From positions 224,001 to 288,000 of the forward strand of contig CAWGPD010000002.1 in NCBI GenBank assembly GCA_963824385.1: 64,000 bases of DNA, given 5' to 3'. The stretch is from an uncultured Nitrososphaerota archaeon (GTDB taxonomy: Archaea; Thermoproteota; Nitrososphaeria; Nitrososphaerales; Nitrosopumilaceae). Shown here in pieces: positions 11,158-19,748 of this stretch; within the stretch, counting starts at the first letter, position 1, and each line of letters opens with the position of its first letter. The notes beneath the pieces are model-generated. The model ran no database searches, was not told where the DNA came from, and worked only from the letters and a program-made list of their open reading frames with translations. Position numbers and translations under genes: made by a program.

Positions 11158-12000
11158 ATGAAACATAATAATGTATTTTTATGTTCTATGTTGTTGATAA
11201 TCACAATATCAGGTTCAATCTTTTCATTTGCTTTTGGATTATCAGATAATGTCACATCTTTGATAACAAAAGGAGATACTGCCATCTACGCCAAAAACTT
11301 TACTGGCGCAATTTCTTATTTTGATCAAGTATTAAAAACTAATCCAAATAATACTGACGCATTAATCAATAAAGGAGTTGCATTAGGAAATCTCCAAAAC
11401 TTTACCGGCGCAATTTCTTATTTTGATCAAGTATTAAAAACTAATCCAAATAATACAGATGTATTAAACAATAAAGGTGCAGCTTTAATCAAGGAATCAA
11501 AATTTGATGAAGCAAATTCAAACTTTGATAAAGTACTAAAAATTGATCCCACCAATACAATAGCAATTTCAAATAAAAAGGTAATATCGAATAGATACAA
11601 TCCTACCCAACCATATAACAGCTCTCGCTTTACTTTATTTTGTCAAGTAGAGATTCGAGACAAAGATAATCACTTGGTTAGTTATATTGAGCCTCAAATA
11701 ATCCAAGTTCCAGATCCAGATTTTCTTGATATTATGCTAGATACATGGAGTGCAGGAAAATTTAATCAAAGTGGTCAAATACTAACTATAGAAAAATCAA
11801 TTATACATAAAGATGGTAAAGATTTTGAAATGTTCAAGTTTTCAAATAATTCTACATTTGATGGTAATAGTATAATGGTTTCAAAAACTGGATATGCAAT
11901 GGCTGGAGTGTGGGTTATCTATGGATATCATGATGGATATCAACTTGAAACTGGTGATAGAGAGATATTAAAATTCACTATTATTAGACCCGTTAGTTAA
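11158..12000 (+). CDS. Exported TPR-repeat protein with a C-terminal domain resembling the small paralogues
   Basis: Signal peptide, three TPR-like units (NFTGAISYFDQVLKTNPNNTD twice), then QVEIRDKDNHLVSYIE...GYQLETGDREILKFTII. Confidence 0.85.
   Translation: MKHNNVFLCSMLLIITISGSIFSFAFGLSDNVTSLITKGDTAIYAKNFTGAISYFDQVLKTNPNNTDALINKGVALGNLQNFTGAISYFDQVLKTNPNNTDVLNNKGAALIKESKFDEANSNFDKVLKIDPTNTIAISNKKVISNRYNPTQPYNSSRFTLFCQVEIRDKDNHLVSYIEPQIIQVPDPDFLDIMLDTWSAGKFNQSGQILTIEKSIIHKDGKDFEMFKFSNNSTFDGNSIMVSKTGYAMAGVWVIYGYHDGYQLETGDREILKFTIIRPVS
11294..11459 (+). repeat. Near-identical internal duplication with a 102-bp period (one TPR unit)
   Basis: aaaactttac(t/c)ggcgcaatttcttattttgatcaagtattaaaaactaatccaaataatac at 11294 and 11396. 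Confidence 0.9.
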
Positions 12001-13194
12001 CCTGTTTGAAAATAAAATTCCTACACCTATGGCAAAGAAAATTACAACAGGGATCTGTCTGTATGGTTCAAGTGTATAAGTTGTAAGTCCTGAAAGTAGT
12101 GGAGAGGAGAAAAGTGTCCATGCTAGAAAAATCATTGCCGAATATGCATAAAATATTTTTTGCTTTGCACAGATGTATAATGCTATTACCAGAGGAAGTA
12201 AACAAAATAAAACAAGCCAGTCATTTCTTAATTGAAATGAAACTGAGGCAAAGCCATCCCAAAATCTTTGAGCGCTAAATGATATGTCTGGTATACCTGG
12301 TACCAATCCCTTGATCTGTGTTGATACTACAAAAATTAATCCCATTATTACATATGGCGTAACAACTAGAATCTTTTTTCTTTTTGATATATCTGAATTT
12401 AGAGTAAAAAATAAAGTCATGGGAATAAAAATAGCAGTCAATGCCTTTGAAAATACTGATAAGATAAAAGATACATGAGATAGATACCACTTTTTTAAAA
12501 TCAAAAATAAAGATAAAAGATAAAAAAATATCCAAAAGTTTGCATATGATGCAGTACTGTCATATGTCAAAAAATTATTACTTTGAAGTACCATAATTAC
12601 TGCAATCAGAGAACCTATTCTTTTTTTGGTTAATTCTAAAGTTGTAAAATAAACTAGCAGCAACATCAAAAAACTTGAAATTAACGGTATCATTCTGATA
12701 TTTTTGAAAATTATTATGGAAGCGTGAAGTAGAAAATATTTAAAGCCAAAAGTAATGTTATCTATGCTAAAACTCCAGTTAGTTCCCTGATATTTTGCAA
12801 TTTGATAATCATCATAAGTCTCTTCACTGTAAATATGTGACAAGGTAAATGCAAGATAAATTGCATACAAAACTATGATTGTAACAAATGCTACCTTCCA
12901 TGAAACATCAAACTGTTGTATAAAACCAAAGAATTTTGTAATTTTACTTGGAAGTTTTCCTTTTTTATTTAAAATAATAATTCCAATTAGAATTGAATTT
13001 ACAATTAGAAAAGGTATTGCTACTAGTCCTGGCTCAAATGGACTAATGGAATTATCTTGCAAATTACTTACAAGTCGTACTATTAATCTGGGAAAAACAA
13101 TTGATGATAAACTTGTGATAACTACAAAGAGTGTAAAAGCAAGAACGCTGTAAGAAAAAATTCTTGATTTATTATTTGAAGAAACATTTTCCAT
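11968..13194 (-). CDS. Polytopic membrane protein, possible GT-C (PMT-like) glycosyltransferase
   Basis: About 10-12 hydrophobic segments, an acidic EETYDDY loop after an early TM, and a late PYR motif. The GT-C call is inference from this layout. Confidence 0.6.
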   Translation of the reverse strand: MENVSSNNKSRIFSYSVLAFTLFVVITSLSSIVFPRLIVRLVSNLQDNSISPFEPGLVAIPFLIVNSILIGIIILNKKGKLPSKITKFFGFIQQFDVSWKVAFVTIIVLYAIYLAFTLSHIYSEETYDDYQIAKYQGTNWSFSIDNITFGFKYFLLHASIIIFKNIRMIPLISSFLMLLLVYFTTLELTKKRIGSLIAVIMVLQSNNFLTYDSTASYANFWIFFYLLSLFLILKKWYLSHVSFILSVFSKALTAIFIPMTLFFTLNSDISKRKKILVVTPYVIMGLIFVVSTQIKGLVPGIPDISFSAQRFWDGFASVSFQLRNDWLVLFCLLPLVIALYICAKQKIFYAYSAMIFLAWTLFSSPLLSGLTTYTLEPYRQIPVVIFFAIGVGILFSNRLTNGSNNSEF

Positions 13195-13345
13195 TATTGA
13201 TTAAAATTAAAATGCCTGAGATTTAAAGTATCTTTGGTAAAAGTTGATTCAAATTATGTTTTTAATGTTGATATCAAGTCTTACTTGATGTGTGATATTG
13301 ATCATTATTCAAAATTAACATGATTTTCTTTTCATTATACAAATG

Positions 13346-13387
13346 TCCGTTACGGATCATCTAATTATTTTTCAATTCCATTTCGGT
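13346..13387. promoter_or_regulatory. Two TCC-N5-GG(A/T) sites in a divergent promoter region
   Basis: TCCGTTACGGA at 13346-13356 and TCCATTTCGGT at 13377-13387. Confidence 0.45.
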
Positions 13388-13453
13388 ATGTTGTTTTCTT
13401 GGAGTTGTTGTTTTAGTTTCCCTAGTTTACATTTTTCAAACAAAAGTTATTAA

Positions 13454-14077
13454 ATGACAGAAAAGAATCAAATGTTGATATCTATGAAAAATATTTTAAT
13501 TGTAATGCTTGTAACTGCTTCAATCTCTGCTGGTGGAGTATTTTCATTTTTAACAAGTGAGAGTTTACCATCTGCAATGCATGACGAAAGCACAAAGGTA
13601 CTAGGACATGTAGAGTACAAAGTGTTCGGTCCTGATGGCAATATCAAAGAATATCTTCAAGCTGATAACTTGGTAGTAACCAACGGTGATAACTCGACAG
13701 TAAACAAGATGTTTAGTGTTTCAAGAACAACTACAAGTGTAACGATAAACCCCTTTATTGCAATTGCAGTAGGGACTGGAAGCACTGGTCCTTTTACAAC
13801 TGATACTGCACTTGGTACTCAACAAGGACACAAAACTATTGCAACCACTTCTATTACTACGGCAACTCACGGGCAGGTCACATTGACAGGCGTATTTAAT
13901 CCAGGAAAAATTACCAACTCTACAACTCAGACAATAACCGAGTCGGGTGTCTTTGATAATACTGCTACAACTCTGAATAGTAACTCTACTAACATGTATG
14001 CAAGACAGACCTTTAGTGGAATTACTATAGCATCTTCAGATACGCTTCAGGTTACTTGGAACATAACCATAACTTAG
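13454..14077 (+). CDS. Exported small beta-rich protein, paralogue 2 (phage-fibre-subunit-like)
   Basis: Hydrophobic N-terminus; GHVEYKVFGPDGNIKEYLQADNLVVTNG, IAVGTGST-DTALG, ITESGVF and MYARQTFSGITIASSDTLQVTWNITI. Confidence 0.85.
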   Translation: MTEKNQMLISMKNILIVMLVTASISAGGVFSFLTSESLPSAMHDESTKVLGHVEYKVFGPDGNIKEYLQADNLVVTNGDNSTVNKMFSVSRTTTSVTINPFIAIAVGTGSTGPFTTDTALGTQQGHKTIATTSITTATHGQVTLTGVFNPGKITNSTTQTITESGVFDNTATTLNSNSTNMYARQTFSGITIASSDTLQVTWNITIT

Positions 14078-14113
14078 ATCGCAGTTAATTTGTATATTAT
14101 ATTGGTATCAAAT

Positions 14114-14126
14114 GATCCATTTTGGT
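14114..14126. promoter_or_regulatory. TCC-N5-GGT site upstream of the HYR/pentapeptide gene
   Basis: GATCCATTTTGGT, followed by TATATT at about 14142. Confidence 0.5.
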
Positions 14127-14186
14127 ACTTGTAATATTGGATATATTGCAACATCTCTTATATTAGACTAAAACATAATTGACATA

Positions 14187-17100
14187 TTGCACCATATTGG
14201 GAATGTTAGGTTATTCTATCTACTTTTAATTGTAATAGGCTCTTCTGTTTTGGGACTAGGTATTAATTCTGCATCTGCTCAACTTGCCGCTCCTAATTGT
14301 AGCGGTATTGCACCAGGTGAAAATGTAAACTATAACGGTTGTGACTTTTCTATTTATCCTTCTACCTTTAGTTTTCAAAATGCTGATCTGAAAGGAGCAA
14401 CATTTGTAAATGCCCAACTTAGCGGTGTAAATTTTGATGGTGCTCTACTCCAAGGTGCAAATTTTAATGGAGCAGACAATAACGGCAATATTGGAAATGT
14501 AGAATTAGTTAATGCTAATCTTACCAGAGCAACATTTGAAAATATTAATCCAGATGAAAGCACATGGCATTTCCAAAGTGCAGATCTTCATTATGCTGAC
14601 TTTATAGGAGCTGATCTATCAAACTCTGATCTTACCTCAGCTGATATTACAGGATCAAACTTTACCGGTGCAACTCTTCAAGCTACAGATTTTACAAATG
14701 CGTTTATGGAAAACGTAATATTTTCTAGTACAACATACATTCAAAATTCAAGTTTTCTTGGTGTTGATTTTAGTGGTACAAAACTTACTCACTTGAATCT
14801 CTCAAATAATAATTTTGATGGTGCTAGTTTCCTTAATGCTAATTTGACTGGAACTTCAATGGTAAATACTTCTCTTGTTGATGCTACGATTGACATATCA
14901 AACGTATCTACAAATGTCGCTACAACCTTCCAAAATGCAGATCTTAATTATGTTGACTTTACTGGAGCACAAATGTCTGCTGATACAAACCTCTCCGGTG
15001 CAACTCTTGTAGGAACCACCTTTGCTTGTACAGGTAACGCTATTTGTACGGCAAGTAATAATTCTCCACCAGTCATTAACTTTGATAAAATATCATTTAC
15101 TGGTGGTACAAGTCTAGTCCAAGTTAACTCTACAGCATGGAAGGTAGGTGCAGCAACAAGTTCTGGCACTAATGTGCAATTCACTGGAGTTTATGCAACA
15201 ATAGGAACAACTACAATCGAGCAGGGCTCAAATCTAGTTTGTACTCCAAATAATACGTTATTTCCTCTAGGTACTAATCAAGTCACATGTACTGCAACAG
15301 ACCCGAATAATCCAGCAAATACCAGTGTTGCGCATTTTTACATAATTATAGTAAATAACACTCCTCCCTCAATTTCTACACCAACTAGTGTAGTTGCGGA
15401 AGCAACAGGACCAAATGGAGCCATGGTAACTTATCATGCTACTGCAAATGATCCTGTAGATGGAGATATTACATCAAAGATGATATGTACACCTGCTAGC
15501 GGTTCACAATTTGCCCTAGGTTCAACAACAGTAACATGTAATGTGACTGACTCGGGCGGAAATTCTGCAAGTGCTCATTTTACAGTCACAGTAAAAGATA
15601 CTACACCACCTATCATCACTGCTGCTAGTCCACAATATCAAGAAGCAACAAGTTCAGCAGGCGCCAAAATATTTTATCATGCAACTGCATTTGATTTGGT
15701 AAGCGGAAACATTCCACTAACAGGAAGTGGTCCAACTAATTTCTGTACACCACTTAACGGTACTCAAGAAGCATTTGGTTCAACTACAACAGTTACCTGT
15801 TCAGCAACAGATGCTGCAGGAAATACTGCAAGTGGTACTTTTTCAGTTACCGTACGAGACACTACACCGCCTAAAATCATACTGGTTCAACCAACTATCA
15901 CCATGGCAGCAACAGGTACACTAACCCAAGTTAATCTAGTTGGAACTGTAACTGCTGCTGATACTGTAGATCCAAATCCACAATTGACAAATAATGCACC
16001 AGTATCTGGCTTTTCAATAGGAATATCACAAGTAACATGGACAGCAAAAGATGCATCTGGTAATGTTGCACAGGCAGTTCAGACCATAACTATAACAACA
16101 AATCCATCACTAGTTACAATCACGCCTTCTTCTAACGTTGTAACAGGAGCAACAGGTCCTCTAACCCAAATATCGTTGATAACTCCAGCTTTTACTGATC
16201 CATTTGATCCACATCCTACAATAACAAATAATGCACCAGCAGACTGGTTATCTAGTAGGAATAACTACTGTAACTTGGACTCTAGTAGACCATGCCAGTC
16301 CACCTAACACTGCTACTGGTCAGCAGACAGTTACAGTACAAGATACTACATCACCTACAATCACTGCTGCTAGCCCACAATATTTCCAAGCAACAGGACC
16401 ATTGGGAGCCATTGTATCTTACAAAGCAACTGCGTTTGATCTTGTAGACGGAAAAATTACGCCAAGCTGTACACCAATTAATGGAACTCAATTTGCAATT
16501 GGAACAACACCTGTAACATGTACTGCAAGTGATAGTCATCATAATACTTCAACACAAACATTTTCAGTAATAGTTCAAGATACCGTAGGACCTGTTATGA
16601 CTCTGACACCTAATCCTGTGATTGTAGAAGCAGTTAATCAAAATGGAGCACCAGTGACTTTCAATGTTACTGCAACTGATCTTGTAACAGGTCATGCTTC
16701 AGCTTCATGTACTCCACCTTCTGGAACAATCTTTGGATTGGGACAAACATCAGTAATATGTACTGCAAGTGATAATCAAAATCCACATAATACCAGTACA
16801 CTTTCATTTCTAGTTACAGTACGAGACACTATACCGCCTACAATTACTGCACCGCCAAATATTACTACTAAAGCAACAGGTACTCTAACCCAAGTGACCT
16901 TGGGAACTCCAACTGTTTCTGATACAGTTGATCCAAATCCAATAGTTACAAATAATGCACCAGCAGCAGGTTTCCCAGTAGGAACAACAATTATAACATG
17001 GACTGCAACAGATCACTCTGGTAACAAGGCAACAGCCGCTCAGACTATAGTTATTTTACCTCAAAATACCCCTGGTGAAGTATATAGTAAAGGTTCAATA

Positions 17101-17721
17101 GAAAAAGGCATTAACTTTAACATGTTCATCCAATCCTGTGATGGATTAACTTTCATTGGGCATCTTGATTATAATGACAACTCTGCGCACATAGATCTCG
17201 ATTCCGTATCTATTACATCACTAAATGTTGATAGCACAGGTACAAAGGCTAACTTTACTGGAACTGCTACATTAAACGATCATTATACTGGATATACATT
17301 CAAAGCATATGTGATTGATAATGATAATGGAAAACAAAGTAATGGTAAAAATGACTTTTTCCAAATTGCAATATTTGATAGTACTGGCAGACAAATTTAT
17401 GCAAACAGTGGACATCTAATCCATGGTAGTATTGAAGTTAGCAACCAAGTCGGTGTAATCAATAGGCCATGTGACTATGACCAGAGAGATTACGGCAATT
17501 CCAATAATTATACCTCAAATAATGACTACTGGAATCCTAATCACTGGCATAACGGTAAGTGGGATAACCACCAAGGAAATAATGGTCAAGGAAATATTTG
17601 CCAAGGCAATAATGGCTGGGGAAATAACAACCAAGGCAATAATGGCTGGGGAAATAACAACCAAGGCAATAATGGCTGGGGAAATAACAACCAAGGAAAT
17701 AACTTCAATAACGGACACTAG
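14187..17721 (+). CDS. Exported protein (~1,177 aa) with pentapeptide repeats, multiple HYR/Ig-like domains and a Gly/Asn-rich tail; apparent +1 frameshift near 16243
   Basis: Signal peptide; A(D/N)LxxA pentapeptide repeats; repeated C-P-SG--F-G-T-VTC-ATD...V-DTTPP HYR units. ORFs 14187..16307 and 16231..17721 join at NNAPA-G, matching the sister unit NNAPAAGF. Confidence 0.88.
17569..17710 (+). repeat. 27-bp tandem repeat encoding QGNNGWGNN
   Basis: ccaaggcaataatggctggggaaataacaa repeated three times, with degenerate flanking copies. Confidence 0.9.
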
Positions 17722-18187
17722 TACGTTTAAACAATAACTATCACCTCTTTTACGAGATTTAGATATGAAAATGACTTTCTGCATGTATTAAGCAAAATCA
17801 AATTTCAAATGTTGACCAAGACACCATTTTCAGTTAAAGATGAGTGCCTTTATCAGATATGGCTATTTTTTTTTAAGGGAAAATGATTGACAAACCATCT
17901 CTTACTCTATATTCTTAAAATCAGTTGATAAAATCCTCTTCTCATGCTAGAAATTAAAAAATCCACCTAAAAATCATATGAATATATGTAATCCTGATAA
18001 TCTAAAAGTCAATCACATGATTACAAGTATCCTTTGAAATCTATCTCTAGGTTTTGTCCCATTTTGTTAAATTTGTGATTAAACTAAAGTTTTATGACAT
18101 TAGTTATCCAGACAAGCAAATTAAGAATTATCGATTTTAGCCTTTGAGGAAATTAAACATTGTAATAATTTGTTTACTACTTTAATG

Positions 18188-18559
18188 TCATAATGCTTTC
18201 ATTTTCTCCTCAACAATCTGCCTATATTTTGGAAAGTTCGTTATCATATACTCTGATTCCGATGTTTCAATAAATATAGAATCTTCAATTGCAATGAATA
18301 GATGAGCAATATCTTTTGGAATATGTATTATTGCAGGTGCCTTGAATGTTTGAACTGTTTCTTGATCGATAGAAATGTCATTGAATCTGACTTCTACTTG
18401 ACCAGAAATTAATGTATGATCTTGATCATATTTGTGATAATGACCTCCACGAGCAAACCCCTTCCTAGTCTCTATAAGGTTGATTTTCATATTGTTATAT
18501 GAATAGAAGATGATCTTACCCCTTACATCATCAATTTCCTTTTCAAATTTTAAATTCAC
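18188..18559 (-). CDS. Cupin-fold protein, sugar isomerase/epimerase-like
   Basis: D-RG, RGGHYH and IP---AH cupin motifs. Confidence 0.75.
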   Translation of the reverse strand: MNLKFEKEIDDVRGKIIFYSYNNMKINLIETRKGFARGGHYHKYDQDHTLISGQVEVRFNDISIDQETVQTFKAPAIIHIPKDIAHLFIAIEDSIFIETSESEYMITNFPKYRQIVEEKMKAL

Positions 18560-18836
18560 AAAATTAATAATTAACTAATTACTATTTCAAGACTTCCAAA
18601 TTTTTTATTATAGTCATCTGACATGTACAGTAATTAGAATCAAAATTCTTTTTATGTTAATATCCAAGATAAACATTACATTTACACATAAAAAAAAGAA
18701 ATATATCCAAAACTAAAGTTGTTTATTATTGTACCATGAATTAGTCAAGTATCTGTGCAATTAAAATAATGTTCTAAATTAAATTGACTTTGATGTTTTA
18801 GATAATCTTTAAGATCAAGATAAAAATATTACATGT

Positions 18837-19295
18837 ATGAAAAATTTTCAATATGCACCAAAACAAATCTATGATCAATTTGGAAAATATTTTCCATTTT
18901 CAACTGTAGATGTAATAATATTCCAACAAGACTCTATTCTTTTGATAAAACGAAAAATAATTCCTTACAAGGGAAAGTGGCATTTTCCTGGAGGACTGAT
19001 ACGAAAAAATGAAAAAATAAAAGATGCTGCAAAACGTGTTGTTAAAGTAGAATTGAATTTAGATATAAAACTTGAAAATTTTTTAGGAGTTTATGAAAAT
19101 CCTATTAGAACTCGTCATGATATAACACATTGTTTTATTGCGACTATGAAAAATAAAATTAACAATGATTATGAAACCAAATCAATAAAATTCTTTCAAA
19201 AAATTCCAAACAACACAATTCCATATCATAAATTAATAATTAAAGATGCATTTGAATATATGAAAATAGCAAAGAAAATTTCTTATCGTCGGTAA
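18837..19295 (+). CDS. NUDIX hydrolase (possibly GDP-mannose mannosyl hydrolase-like)
   Basis: PFSTVD and W-FPGG-IRKNE----AAKRVVKVEL, a variant Nudix box. Confidence 0.8.
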   Translation: MKNFQYAPKQIYDQFGKYFPFSTVDVIIFQQDSILLIKRKIIPYKGKWHFPGGLIRKNEKIKDAAKRVVKVELNLDIKLENFLGVYENPIRTRHDITHCFIATMKNKINNDYETKSIKFFQKIPNNTIPYHKLIIKDAFEYMKIAKKISYRR

Positions 19296-19536
19296 GTATT
19301 ATATTTTAATTATAATTTAAATTAATTAAAAAATATTATTCATTTGTTTTTTATAATTACATAATTATTTACTTGCTAAAAAAAATATTTTATAATTTGT
19401 TACAATTCAATTTTATTTTTTAAAATGATCAAAATTTTAAAAATTAATTTAGAAAAAATATTTTTCTAAAAATTATTCATTTGACATAATTTAGAAATTT
19501 TTTAACTAAAATTAAAAAAATAGATTTTATTTGATA

Positions 19537-19549
19537 GTCCAAAAAGGAC
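19537..19549. promoter_or_regulatory. Perfect palindrome GTCC-AAAAA-GGAC upstream of the giant gene
   Basis: Stands out at the end of an extremely AT-rich intergenic stretch; same TCC-N5-GGA core as the other sites. Confidence 0.45.
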
Positions 19550-19748
19550 ACCTAAAATGGTCTTGTTGCCAGAACGGTTAATCTATCCATTCGATAATTC
19601 CTCTCCTCTTTAATCCAATGTTGGATAATTTTACAATGTTGGAAATTATGCAATATTTCCCAGATTCTCTAGAATTGATCCTAGACTATTCTGTAATTCA
19701 TTTTAAAATTTCTGATCTAAAAAAAATTAATTTTTGGAGTTTTGAAAA

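Noticed and set aside
11294..11459. Diversity-generating retroelement template/variable repeat pair
   Set aside because: It is an in-frame 34-codon TPR duplication with only a couple of synonymous differences, and no reverse transcriptase is present in the window.
17471..17784. Alternative-frame ORFs (EITTKAIMAG; ISPAIIALVV)
   Set aside because: By-products of the 27-bp repeat within the HYR gene's tail.
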